Source: Gordius albopunctatus (lineage: Eukaryota). From it: a DNA stretch of 64,000 nucleotides. Shown piece by piece: positions 49,937-64,000 of the stretch; the stretch's first letter is position 1, and each line of letters begins with the position of its first letter. The notes below the pieces were generated by a model. The model was not told the DNA's origin and made no database searches. It was given only the letters and a program-made list of their open reading frames with translations. Location: NCBI GenBank assembly GCA_964276515.1, contig OZ193909.1, positions 5,952,001-6,016,000 of the forward strand, read 5' to 3'. The translations under genes and the position numbers were made by a program.

Positions 49937-52900
49937 TTATCGGCATACAAATAGGGTGACGTTTCGTTCGCAAAGGGAGCAACTCACGTGACAGCACCAT
50001 TGAAATTTGCAATCGCATCGAAGTTGAAGGACCAGTGTCCGCCGAATGAAACCGCGTCCGCAACACAGCTCTTGACATGCGTCCGCTTCTCTATGCTTAC
50101 TGGGCGTGACGTCATCCGTTGTACTCAATGAGGAGGAGGACGATGAAGAAGAAAAGAGGTAAAACGTCATCAAATCGTTGACGTCACCGCCTTTAACCGA
50201 GACCAAGTTTCGCGTGGTCTCAGCCGTTGCTCCGAGACTCTCTAGATCAGTGTCGTCGTTCTCGGCCGCCCCATCATCTCGTATAACTCGTCGACCGGCG
50301 AAATCGCCGAAAGATCCCAGATCACGGATATCTGCGTACCTTTGGTCCGAGCTAGTAGTTCGACCGACCGGGTCGAGTTGGACTGCACAAACCCGGCCCG
50401 ATGTTCCGCTGAAACCGACTACTGGATCGTAACGACAGAAGTCGGGTGACCGTTTAAGAAAAACTAAATCTAAGGCAGTAGGAACCCTGAGCACCGTACT
50501 TTTGAGAGATTGTCGTGCAGAAGTTCTAGGAAATGTATCAGGAAAATGCTTTTGTCCTTATAATTGTTATATATTATATCTTAGTATGATAAATATTTTC
50601 ATTCCTTAATAAAACCTAGTAAATACAACTTTCCATCCAGCTTATTGTATTTTATCTTAATAATTTTAACTACAATTTAAAAATCCAAAATAATCTATAC
50701 TACTTAAATGTTTACAACAATTGACATCATCCCACATAAAATCACAATGTAATAGTGCCCAACAGCTATTTGGAGGTTTAGTCCGTAAATTCTTGAAAAT
50801 GCATTGGCATTTGGCGGTATGATAAAAATGTTCACAATCCAAAGAAATTAAAAAAAAAATTTGTAAATAAATAATTTGTAACTTTTTACGTCTATAAAAA
50901 CATCAGATCTGGTTTGCAATATTTCACAAACTCTATTCCAAATTTTAAAATTTTAGTATACTATTGGCTAATTATAAATTCAACACTACCTCAAGCTCAT
51001 GGATCTCATGAGGAATTTAAAATATACAAGAATGATTATCATTCACATAGTGTCATCTTAATTTTATTAGTTTAAATTTTTCCAAAAAACACAAAACATA
51101 GAGGGCATACCTTTTGTCTCGATTATTTATTCCATTTTCAGTTGAGGGGATTGCGGCTACCTGCAATTTACTTTGACGGTTTAACTTGACTCTGGTAGCT
51201 GCGTCGTATTTCTCTTTTAGAAGATGTCCCGTTTTTCTAAAGGATCCTAGTTGTAGCCAACACGTCTTAACGCTACAGGACCCGGAAACTCCGTGACATT
51301 TACAATTCATTTGACTGGTATGGTGAACCGCCTTTTATTAAATAAAATATTTTTTGCACGTTTTTTATAACTACATTTGGCTTGAAGTCTTAAACATTAT
51401 AAAATGGCTGGACAAAGATCAGTCAACTATTAGACCAAATAAGGCTTTATATTCGACAAGACATGCCATGAATAATATATTCTATTAAGATCCCAACCCA
51501 TCTTTATTCTCGGCACGATATAATACCTACTTCCTTTTACTATATCATGCGTCTCCAACCTCTCCTTTACACAATTTGTAATAAGTAAAATAACAAATAA
51601 TAATTTTTATTAAATTTATGTGTTACAAATTTTAAGGTTTGATGTGCAACATAAGGTGGAAAAAACATACACTTTGCCATTTAAATAAATATATATAATG
51701 TAGTTGTATAAGTGCAACTTTTAATAAGCCTAATACTGGTAGACTGTTACATAGTTCTTTATATTTATGGCTATTATTATCGAACACTTGCGATCAAATA
51801 AATAATAAATTCACCGGAATGTGTCTAATTCAAGCATTATATCAAAGACTGCGCTAATATTCCACTAACTGATTTATGTTTTGATAGGATTGGAGTATAC
51901 ATACCATTGATCCTACACCGCTTAGCTTATCATGTATAAATTACCACTAGAAGTTGACACAAAATCGAATCCTTTTATAATTAAAACAATAATTTCCTTT
52001 TTCTATGCAGGGACAGCTGTCTGTCCCCACCCCAACAAAAGTCAAAAAGTTTGATATTACATTAGTTAAAACTCTTTCCTCAATATATTAATTCTTTATC
52101 GCTTCCCACACACTTTAAAACATTAAATGATTCTCTATAATCAGCATAATAGTTTCAGGGTCCTACCAATTTACGCTGTTGACAACTGCGTAGCCAGCAT
52201 TGGAATTAGAGGGGGGCAATAATGATTTAGGGAGGGGCAAAATGATAATTTTTAAAATTGTAGCCATAATTTCAATGAATTTCAACAAATTTTTGAAAGG
52301 GCGTAGCCATCTCTCCCTGCCCTCCCCCCTGGCTGCGCCCATGAATTGGCATTTTGTGTTAAGGGCCACCTTTGACAATTTTAAATAATGTAGTTTTTTA
52401 TTGATTTTTTAAAACTGATTTAGGACTTTTCGGGATTAAAGGGCATTTAGATCAAGAATTATCGATCACAAAGGCATTTGAATGCCCTAAATAGGTAGAG
52501 CTATAATATTATGGATTAATGCTTAAAAAATATGATAAATTGTCAAATTTTTAGAAGCAAAATTTACATAACACATCCTTCATTTATAATATACTAGATG
52601 AACCCGGCAAACGTTGTTTTGCCATTTACCCGGGTGTATTAAATTATGTTGGAATTTTAGGGCATATATCATGATAAAGCGGTTATTGAAGTAAAAATAA
52701 AGTTTGATGTCGTCTATATGTTCTATTTCTATTCTTCTATTTCCGTATACAGTGCAACGCGTACGAATACTCGAAAACTACTGCACCGATTTGGCTCGAA
52801 AAAATCTTAAAACATGCTCCGGAGTGTCGGGAATAAACTGTGAAATTTTGAGCCAAATCGGTCTGGTAGTTTTCCGAAATTGATGGCGGCATACACACAC

Positions 52901-55900
52901 ACACACACATAGTTTCATTTTTATATATAAGATACAACGATCCAAGCAATAAATTTATTTCAGGTCGCTAAATTAGCCTAATAAAGGTCGGCGCGTAGTT
53001 TTTCCGCTTGGAAAAGTAGAGCGAATGACAACTTAATTGTAGATTCTTTGCTGAAGAATATGCATTTAATTGCTATGACCTTATCCCGTCGCACAATTAT
53101 TTCTAAACCAAGGTTTAAATAAATTTTAGTTGTGTAACAACTAAACTAAACTTTAAATAAAGGGTTAAGAACGTCTTTTTATGTGTAGGAGTTGGGAAAT
53201 TGATTGAAGTCATTGAAACATAAAAATATTACAGTTACACCCACCCTATAAATTTATTTTTCGTTTTGAACTATTAGAGTGGTGACATCTCTATTCATTT
53301 AAACACCGCTTATTTATACTCATATTGAAAACTAAAAATTACACATAAATTGACTAGGAATGAAAACATTAATTTAAATCTCATATATTTTATCAAGATT
53401 TTTGTAATAAAAAGGTCTAGCAAATTAGTACTCAAAAATAACGTACTCTTTTTTTAAGCAAACGATAAAAAGGGAGATTATTGATTTATTTAAACAAAAT
53501 TAAAAGATAATAATTTAAGAAGTTTTACACATTAAAATTATTATAATTAAAAAAATAGTATTTCGCGATATTGCTTCATACCCTACGCCCGGCTTCGTTG
53601 TTATGTAGATTCATCAGCGATTTAGCAAACTTGTTACGATTCCGATTCATGCCGCCGACGGCTGCGTTATCGTCAGCTGATCGATTAGCCACCCTCCTAG
53701 CTGTCAAACGATCGAGAGCCCGCCAATTTTTTTCGGCCCCGCCGCCACGGAATTTTTCTCGTTCGCGGATGTCGATAAACTCGGTAGCAAATCGGTATCC
53801 ATACTTCAAATTATCTCCGCACCCTTGCCATTTCCATCGCCCATCCCGGGACTTAGTGGGTTGGGACACGCTCTGCGGGCAACCGCAACTAGCCAATACA
53901 CCTTGCCTGCAAAATCGACTTATGGCGTGAACTACCCCAGCCGAATTGATGGCGTGGGCGAAGGCTGTTTCTCTGCTGGCTACATAAAAAAATTTTTATT
54001 ACTAATACAAAATTAATTTTTATTAATAAAAGTTTATTTCCAAATTATTATAAGAAAGATACATGCTAAAATATAATGAACTAATGAGCCGGCATAGAGC
54101 CATGGATCGAAATTTATATTGGGTTTTACAATTTTTATATAAAAATTTTTATTTTGTAATTTATAAATAGCCTTTGCATTTATTTAGTCAGGTGGGGCCC
54201 CAAAATGTTTAAATAGATTGCGCAGAATCATGTGACTCTTTCTAGTTATAACTACATAATTATAATCACTAAATTAAATTACGAAGTTAAAAAGGCAGTT
54301 TAGGTATCGAAATGTCGTACCCTATGAAAAAAGTTAATCTTTTAAATCAAGCCTCAATTGTATGGTTCTCAATTCCCACTTTACCACCAGAGTCCCTATT
54401 TCTCATCTGAAAGAAGTGTTCGCTAAATTTTGTAGATGCGTTTTGTTGATGCTGTAGGTATAGTACACTAGATAGTAGATTAGAGATCTGCAACGGGATA
54501 ATTTTAGGAGTTTGACCCACCAGTACCCAGTTCTCGAGTGGGGGTTCGTAACCTCTTTTTGTGCACTTTAGACCGGTCCGTATACCCGTTTTGAAAAGCT
54601 TTCAGGCCCGTCCCTAATTTTTTTCATGCACTTTAGGCCCGGCCCCCTATCAAGATCGACCCATCAATAATGCATCATTAATTGCGATTATAATAGGAAA
54701 TCCCAAGCAATTGAATATGTAAATATTTTAGGGGTTTGAGTATTATACACACCTTGACCGTAGAAATTTAAGAAAATTTATTTATTAGGGACTGCTTGTA
54801 TTGTGATTAGTTCAACATCATATTTTTTATATCAAACCCTGCCTTTTTTATAAGAATGAATGGGGTTGTAAAAAAGACTCTTTTGAAGGATCCACATGTC
54901 CATAGTTGCGCACACAGCCATTTCTCAGTGTATTTTTAATTTATGGAAAATGGCGAAAATCAATTAAGATGCAATAAACCCCTAAATACTAAAGTAAATT
55001 AGTTAGCATCTTATATATGAAATTTGAATGGCATTATAAAATATCTTATACGTTTATTAATTAGTTTCAAATAGAAAAGCTACAATAATTTATGTAAAAG
55101 TAAAGTCTTTTAATATAAAATAAAATACAATATGAGCAAATTTTTTAAAAGTTTTTCTATAGCATTAAATGCAAAATGAAATGTTACCAAATAAGTTGTA
55201 ATGATTAGATGAATATAAAAACCATTTCCATTTTCATGTATGCATCAAGGCAATCTAATTATATTTTCTTCTAATAAATTTAAATTTTAAATACTAAGAA
55301 TCAAAATTAAAAAAAATTCAAAAGTTAATCTGAAAGACCTTTGTGGTTGGCTTAAATTTAATATACAGGGCTGTTTACAGAATTTTAAGACCTTTCGCGC
55401 CCGTTATTAAACTTCTTCAGCCCGCACTAGCTCTTTAAAACTTGTTTGGCCCGTCCCAGCCATGCCCGTTATGTATTTTTATAAAGCCCATGTGTACCCG
55501 CCCGGCCGGGCCTGCCCGTACAGATCTCTAAGAGAGATTGCCTAAGTGTTTTCAAAAGTTTAGTTATCCCATGAAAAAGACGAGCCCGGAATTTTTCTCA
55601 TCGGATAGGCAAGAAGCTTACGTATTTAACGTTTTGCAAATTTTTAATGAAGATTTTGTAAGGTAAAATTTTATTCGAGCTTAGCTAGTTGGGTTACAGA
55701 TATAAACTTTGTCAGATTTTAGTTAATGCCTCATAAGTTATTTTCGCAAAAATTTAAATCACATGCAACAGTTCCTCCATTAACTCATAAAATATATTAT
55801 TATAATATCTTTGATAAGATATCAAATATATTTTGCACTTTTCGCTCAAACCCCGTTTACACTTTTGTCATTTGTAAACAGCTTTGATCAAGAATTTATT

Positions 55901-58900
55901 TTTTAATACATTTAGGGTCAAGATAATTGCTAAAAATCGTTGAGCTCATGTATTTTGCTACATATCAATGAAATTTATTATAATCGGGCGCTTAAATGTG
56001 TCCCTAAAATTGTTAGGCAAAATTATGTAAGTAAAACTTTATGGGGACCTAGCGAGTCAGCTCAGGTTAGGGAAGAAAAATTGACTTTGCTTTAGTCCTA
56101 CATGTTTGGGCCTTGAAGCTCTTTGCCCGTTTTAATTAAGCTCATGCAGGCACTGGTGACTTGAAAAATTCCACCATAAAAGAAAGGAAATTGGTTCGGG
56201 CTGAGTCAGGTTTAGGATAATATAATTTCAAAAACTCAGGTCGAAATAATAAATGCAAACATTGCGACAATTAAAAGACTTTTGAATGGATAACTAAATT
56301 TCTCTAGTTTATACATAACCTTAGCTCTAAATAGAAATTAAGTGAAGTTTAATACGTCTCAATAAGTAAACTCAAAATTAACCGTATTTAATATTTAGAT
56401 CTACAGTCAGCTCCGCTTTTAGTTGGGTGGTTCTTATAAATTTTCTACCGGGTGAATTTGCATTGGGATAGCACTTTAAAATATTTTTGGGCCGGGTTAG
56501 ATGGCTTATGAATGACAGACCCGAGCAAATCCAATGTACCCAATGTATGTTTTCACTCTTAGCAAAACATAATTTGGTAACTAATATGATTTGTGATATC
56601 AATGTCGCCATTCAATAAAAGGCTGTCTGTAGTTTTATTTATATCTTTTTATAATAAAATCCGTAAGAAATAGAAAAATTACGGATTTTTAGGATGGGTC
56701 CAAAAACTGATTCGTCGTCGCGTCGAACGCTGCAATTCCATCTTTGAGCTCTGAATTGGTATTGACATTCGTGAATTCCATAGGCGGCCCCCTTTCCCAC
56801 CCCGTACATGTGATCATGGTATAAGACGCACAACTTTTTTTGGCCCGCACTTAGGCCTGGTAAGTTGCACCAAGTAGCTATCGTATTCATATCGTTTAGA
56901 GAAGAGCCTCCTCCTGACATGATTGACGTGGGAAAACTGGAGATTTCTACGAGACTCGTATTAACACCATACCTAACTCCACCGTGTTCCTCTGCTGGCT
57001 GTAAATTGCGTTTAGTAGCGCCCGTAGAAGCTGGTTCATGCCGATTAGTGGCCAAGGTTAAGGGCAAGGTATTGGGTGTAAACTTGGTAGCCAAAAAACC
57101 CAGGTTCCTGCATTAATTATAGGTAATAAGAATTCCCATGTTTTTCACATATTTTTTGTATTGTAATATGTGTGAGAAAATTATTTGTAAATATTACACT
57201 AGTTTCGGATGAACTTTGTTAGGCAAAAGCTTTTTACTTTAACACAAATGGTTTTACAAATAGATTTTATACATATAAATAGCTTAGCGGCATCTTTGTT
57301 GGATGTAATATGTTTTGTCAAAATTGTCGGTATTTAACTATAAAGGTTTTATAAAATAATTTCAAGCTAGAGTATAATCTTTGCCAAATTTAATAAATTA
57401 TTACAATGTAGATGATAACTCACATTACCAAAAAAATTATAGCTTTTAAACGTTTAGATTTGACGGAAGTTTTTTATTTATAAATATAGAAGTCGAAACA
57501 TTTATACTAGAGACCTGAAATGGGCCTGCTTAGGTCAGTCAGTAGGCCCGTTATAAAAATTTATATTCCAGAGCCCGTCAAAATCTAATTTTATACAAAG
57601 CCCGAGTTCGGCCCGTGTCCGTACAAAATATTCTTTTTTGCTTTTTTTATTTTATAATGTAACGTTTTTACCCTGATTAAACAATATATATGTATTAAAA
57701 ATGTTAATAATAATCATGTAAAAATAATAAATTATTAAGAATTTCCCGTCAGACAAGTTCTTGAATATTTTAAGAGGCGACTTCCCCTAGCGGCATTTGT
57801 AGTAGGGATTAGAGATCTGCAACGGGCAGTTTTTAGAAAGTCGGCCCGCCCGTACCCTTTTTAAAAACTTCAAGGCCCGTCCGAGCCCACCCGTAATTTT
57901 TTTCAACACTTCAGGCCCGTCCGAGCCCGTCCGTATATTTTTTAGGCCCGTTTGAGCCCGTCCGTAAATTTTTTAGGCCCGTTCGTACACGTTTAAAAAA
58001 ACGTCAGGCCCGCGCAAGCCGGTGCCCGACTCTATTCATCAAAAATTTCACAAAATTTTATTATATTTTTGACATATTCATAAAAAAATCAATAATTATC
58101 ATGTTAAAATAATAAATCATCAATTATTTCTGCCGTTAATACACTTAAAATATTTCAATATAGTACTACCATTACAATTAATTTAAAAACTTACATAAGA
58201 ATATTCGACTTTCAACGATTCACTTTTATTTGATTAATTTAAGTTAATACACCACCTAAGATGTTAGAAATCAGTATTACCATTTAAAATACTTTAATAA
58301 AATAGAATATTCAACTTTCAATAAGCAGTTTACATTGATTTTATTAATTTATATAAGTTAATACATCTAAGGGTGCGTCTTAAAATGCGATTTTGCCTAG
58401 ATTCAAAAAAACGAATGCATGTTACAACTTAGAACATAGCCGCGTCTTAATACGAGCGTCACGTCCTTTTTTCCTATTTTTATTTTATTGCTCATAAAAC
58501 AAATATTTATCCTTTAATTACGCTTATTAATCCATATTCATATGGTAACTAAACTAAAATTGTTGATTCCACGAAATGTATGTCGCATATTTAGACAAAC
58601 AAAAATATGACGCTTGAAGTTGAATGGTATATTAAGATTAGAACAAAAATATTTATTAAATTCTATGGCCAATTTTGGTGCATTGTGACTAAGTAATTGA
58701 ACTTACTTATAAAAGAATATACGAAGCTATAATCTTAAATTAAATTATGTAAACGAAAATCTATAACAAATAGAATTAAAATGTTTCAAAGTCAAATTTA
58801 GCGCTTGAAAAGGGAATGAATTTTACAGGATATACAATAATTAGAGGTTAACAAAATTAAGCAATTAATAATCTATATATTTAATAAAAATTATTATTTA

Positions 58901-61900
58901 TATAATTGCCTGACTTTTAAGGGCCTTTCTAATTCCATGACCGTTTATATAATCTCTGGCCCGTTCAAGCCCGTTTATAAAAAGTCAGGCCCGTTAAAAA
59001 ATCTAAGGCCCGCCCGAGCCCGTTCCTTTAATTGTTAAGCCCGTCCGGGACCGGCCCGATAAATTTTTATGATAAAAAGCCCTTCCGTACCCAGCGGGCC
59101 GGGCCTGCCCGTGCACAAATAAACTTTTAAAAACTTTTTATATTTTACAATTTTTTTATAAAGTTACTTGGCTTCTTTGCTTTTCCACCATTTTAAATAT
59201 TTTGGTTATTGATATTTTATAAAGGAAAATAGGAGAATAAAAAACTTTTAAAATTTGTTCTTAAATTTTTGAGTGGGTATATATGTAATCTTAAATTAAC
59301 TTCTAATAAGGCAAATCTAAGTGTTAAATTAATTTACTCTAATATTGCTAGATGTTATAAATGGGGAGGATAGGGGCAGTTGCCCCCCCCCCCATAAGTC
59401 CTAAATTTCTTGATCTAAAACATCTTTTGCCCCTCTATAAATCATTACTGCCCCCCTAATTTATCCTAGCTAGGCCCATGGGATTGTGTATAAATAAAAT
59501 ATAATCGCTATACAACATTTATTGCGCGTTAAGATATTGATGAATGAATGAACTAAGATGGAATTATAATTTAAGTTTCCTTGTTAATTAAATAAAGATC
59601 CAATAATTATAAAATTATAAAAACAAACCTTGTTTCTAATAAATTAAATTAGTTTTGTAACTGGCTTTTAACGGGCCTTACTTATATATAGGCCCGGCCC
59701 GAGCCCTCTGGGCTATTTTTGCAGAAGTCCGGGGTCGGTCGTAAATGTTTGCTAAAAGTCTCTAAACCGTGTCCTAATTTTGTTTAAGAAACCGAAAGAT
59801 ATCATTTGGCTCTAAGATATTGTTGAGATAACTTTTTTTATGAATTCAAATTTTTATTTGAAATTTTGCTCCTCCTAAAACCATGATTTTTACAGAATTC
59901 AGCCTGGGTCGGTGAGGAAGTTTATTTGCGTCTTCTAAAAAGTGGTAGTTATAATTTTTATAAACTCTCATATAATTTTTCCAAGTATAATAAATTTAGC
60001 CTCAAGATTTTAGTAGGCAGAATAAGAAGGAGGATTCGTTTAAATATAGTTCAAGATTATGATGGTTTGCCTTAACGTAAACGAGATTTGACACAAATAG
60101 ATAAAAATCTTCACTTTCACCATGCTTACCTTCATATTTTTTATCTTAAGTTATACGGACTTGATGATGTTTATATAGGACTATATTAAGGAAAAATTAC
60201 ATAAAACAAACATTTATTTTTTCACACTTACTTCAAGTCGGCTATTATTTTTTATGGCTAGACTAGGTTAATATAAAATAAATAATTTAAATTTAAAAGG
60301 CATTTAGATCTAACCATTAAATTTTATATCAATATATTATAAAATTAAAAAAGCCAAGATTTTTGATAAATAAATTCAAAAAGATTTATCCTGATACATT
60401 GTGCGAATAAACAAATCACTATTTCACATATCTAAAGTCGTCTCGCATACAAATCAAAATTGTATTGGGGTTTTAGGGCAGGACCATAATTGCATAGCAA
60501 TAAGCCTTGACCACAACAACGCTATTTCAAGCAAAGTACACAAATTAAAAATTTACAAGCAAGCTTAGCATTGGCTTAGCCAGGGGATCAACTGGGATGA
60601 ACTCCAGCCCCTTTATAGAGTATTTAAAAATGTCACAATGAATATTTAAAAACCTTTATTTGCCTATCCTAAAAACAAATTTCGAAAACTTATTTTAATA
60701 TAAAAATCCAATCCTAACTACTCGTGATCTACCCCATTCCCACGAACCTAATTTAAAATAAGGCTTATTGTAAATGTATTATAGCTTCGGAACTTACACC
60801 CACTTAAACAGCTCGATGATCTCTTTAAAGTGGTTGCTACGACAATCATTGTCACCAAATGTCGCAATTGTCACACTATGTGGCGGTAAAAGTCGTAAAT
60901 AAAAAGGCTGCGACAATTTTCTGAATAATCGCCCCCAACTTCGCTTTTATCTTTTGTTAAGTATTAAGACTTCTTCTCGTTGACCTCTCCCTCTATCAAC
61001 GATGATAGCATTAGCCACAATGACATTATAATTCATAAGTTTTCAAAGGGAATCCTTTAAAGTCAAGATTAGTCCGGTAAAATTTATGTGGAAAACAAAA
61101 AATACACTTTTAAAAATAAAATGAAAGAGCCATTTTGATTCGATACATAAAATAATTTATATAAAATGTGAAGAACGATTAAATGTTTTTTTAATATTCA
61201 AATTTAATGCCTTAAAGTAATAAATGACAAGATGAGCGTAGCCAAGCTGCCCCCCTCTAAATGCAAAAATTTGTTAAAATTTATTAAAATTATGGCCAAA
61301 ATTTCAAAAGATGATTATTTTGCCCCACCCCCCAAATCCTTATTGTTCCCCTCTAATCCCAATTCAAGCTACGCCCATGAATGACAATTTATGGATTGTT
61401 GGAATACACACAATCATGTCCATTTTTTAAGATAAATAAATTTTTGTAACGATATTAAAAATTGAATTAATTATGAGTAGGTAAGTATTCGTATTTTTTA
61501 AGATAATAAAAATGAGAGATAAATTTGTTAACATGCTTGTTTACAACTTAGACTTAATACATTTTTTTGCCCGGCGGTTTAATGCCAATTAGATATAATC
61601 CATCATCTAGTGACATTAAATTCTGAAACGAGTGTCTTTCTCTGTCAACCAAAAAATACCAGGTCGTTGTAAATTGTCGCGCAACATTACATTTTACGCA
61701 TAAAAATTGGTGGGTAGTATTTGTTTAAGGCAATTGTATCGCATAATTATGCAATAACAGAAATTTTCCACGATTATTTATTTTTATTCACACCAACAAG
61801 GGCATATTTTGCTCAAAGAATAGAAGTATTCTGATATGCTTGACAAGCATTTTAGTTAAGATAACGAGATTTTATTCTATAAAATTCATTCGTCAAATGA

Positions 61901-63621
61901 TTTTAATAAAACTTTTTCTAAAATAAAAGGTTCCTGTTAATCTAATTGCTAATCAACTATTAGGCTACCACACTCAAAGAAAGATGTCTCTTGTCCAAAG
62001 TTATATACAGTAATTTTTTTATAATAAAATTCTAAATTTCGGGTAAGAACATTGTTAGTAGAATTAATTTGACAAAATTAAAAGTTAAATATAATTTTAT
62101 ACAAACGTTAAACTAATATACAAAAATAAAGGAGGAGAAAGACGCAATAATAAATTTAAGGCAACATAGCTATTATAATCCTCTCATTTTAGGGCCGACG
62201 CGTCAAAAAGGTCAAGACAATTTTACAGCTTCATTTTAACATGTATGCGTTAACTTTAACGACATCTATATCATAGCAATTATATTGGAATTAACATGCT
62301 AATGTTCAAAACAAGGTATATATTTAAACGATTTCAATTTAAAAATCCTTCCAGTCTATTTAAAAATTGGATTTTAAATTTGATTTTTATAATTTAGTGG
62401 AGTAGTTAAATACTAGACGCAACTGGTACACTTATGTCAGACTGAAGGTTTTTTTCTTCAAGCCACAAAAACGTTTAAATTCTATTAAATGATAAAAATT
62501 AAAATGCTTTTTTGAGAATTTTAGAGTAAAATCGCTTGGAACAAACCGATGATAAATGAAATTATTACATTAACCCTATATGCTTTGAAAAAAATTGATT
62601 TATGCCCCAAAAAACAAGGTAAAAAATTTCAACAAGGGCAATACCTCATAATTTACTTTCAAACATTTGCCAATTTTTTATATAAGTTACATATTAAATT
62701 TACTAAAAAATTTATTTAGATTGTTAAGAAAAAAATTGTAATAAAACCTTTGCAAAATTATAGCAGAATTTATTTGACTGCTTAATTAAAAATCCGAATT
62801 ATACAATTGATTTATTTAGAGTCTTTATGATATAATTGGATATTTTAAGTGATGGAATAAATTTTTGTTTCTTTAATATATATTATGTCAAACCGTTTGT
62901 TAAAGTATGAATGGAGGGCCAGGGAGGGAATGCTAAACTCCAGTAAATATTTTTTTGGAATAAAAGAAGATTGATCAAAGAGATTGTGAATGGAAGATAT
63001 TTAAAACTCGAAACCAAAAACAAGTTAGGGACGTCTATGACCTCTCTTAAAATTATATTGTAAAAATGTCAATCAATTGATTAGGCAATTTATAAACTTA
63101 CAAATATTAAATAATAATTAAAATTCGGGTAAAATAGAATAATACTACTTTATACCTTATTTAAAAAGATTATTTATTCACTAATATTCAGGCGGGTAGC
63201 AAGGATTTTCTCCCGAGGGGGGGGGGGGGGATTTCCCAAAAAAATTTGTAACATTTTTATTTAAACACCAAAATTATACTATCTGGTATAAAACATAAAG
63301 AAAGTCATTATAAATAATTAACATGGTCAGTTACGTTGCACAACTATAAAATATAAACTTTAGATCTAAAATAATTTTTTTTTCATAAAAAATCGGTTAG
63401 ACGGCTATTATTACACAATGTAACTTATGAGATTAAATAGGTCGTTTGTGTAAATTATTTGATATAAATTTTGAAAAATTGTCTAAAATACAATGTGAAC
63501 ATGAATGATTTAATTACCACCACATGCCCGAACATCCCCCGCCTTGTTTTAGGTCTAGAATCAATGTCACCAAAAATAATAGGGGTAGAATAATTTTCTG
63601 AAACGCTCCTTCTCCACTCAT
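49937..63621 (-). CDS. Wnt5: Wnt5 ligand, 5 exons, 578 aa
   Basis: Exons 63621-63518 (signal peptide [26 protein letters not shown]), 57107-56683 ([14 protein letters not shown]), 53979-53582 ([20 protein letters not shown]), 51331-51111 ([25 protein letters not shown]) and 50525-49937 ([23 protein letters not shown]) splice in frame (1737 nt). Confidence 0.92.
52594..52932 (-). mobile_element. Non-autonomous Helitron in a Wnt5 intron
   Basis: A|TCTTATATATAAAA start, (GT)n tract, GGCAAAACAACGTTTGCC hairpin, CTAG|T end. Confidence 0.85.
54481..55530. mobile_element. TAGAGATCTG-TIR MITE in a Wnt5 intron
   Basis: TIRs TAGAGATCTG / CAGATCTCTA with GGCCCG subterminal motifs. Confidence 0.78.
57810..59116. 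mobile_element. TAGAGATCTG-TIR MITE in Wnt5 intron 1
   Basis: Left TIR intact; GGCCCG arrays closely match 22869-23641. Lies within an older related element starting at ~57508. Confidence 0.75.
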
Positions 63622-64000
63622 TTTGATATGAATGTCCTCAAGTATTTCATGTTCAATATCTCGATTTATAATATTCACTCATTGCCGGTAATAACACCTA
63701 AATAAGGCGCAAAAATGAATAATATGCGAGAGGTTGGGGATCAAAAAATTTCCAATAACTGGAGCGATCGGTAAAATTGATTTATAATTCACAAATTTAT
63801 GTGATGGTCTCCCCCCTTTGAGAGGCAATTAATTGCGTGGAATTTGAGTTAGATTAAATCTAGCCCTCTTTCTATATCACTGTATGTAGAGATATAGTTA
63901 AAAAATAAACTAAGAAGACTCTTTAATTGCTATACAATATATACGGTAGTTATAGTAAGTGTAAGGGAAGAAGCGGGAAAAAAGCACTTCTTTTTGGTAA

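Noticed and set aside
49839..50432. Overlapping ORFs in the last Wnt5 exon (also 53571-53930 and 56865-57116)
   Set aside because: Alternate-frame or antisense ORFs expected in GC-richer coding exons.

Overview
AT-rich, repeat-dense eukaryotic (invertebrate animal-like) DNA with very short spliceosomal introns. Four host genes can be assembled: the 3' part of a Greatwall/MASTL kinase (+, 2-4334), a multi-exon gene with three FLYWCH-type zinc fingers (+, 11872-14196), an NAA80-like acetyltransferase (-, 37467-38059) and a five-exon Wnt5 with large insertions (-, 49937-63621). The rest is mostly transposable elements, often nested: two RT-less Ty3/Gypsy elements, RTE LINEs, an apparently intact intron-containing hAT with a deletion derivative, a decayed piggyBac, Helitrons (one holding a CRE retrotransposon fragment) and several MITE families. 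The most striking feature is an ~800 bp near-perfect palindrome at 27651-28443. It consists of two differently permuted copies of a 367-368 nt non-coding unit. Each copy has a type I hammerhead ribozyme at the tip of a long rod-like stem, which suggests a young retrozyme or Penelope-like element. All calls are by-eye readings; no searches were run.
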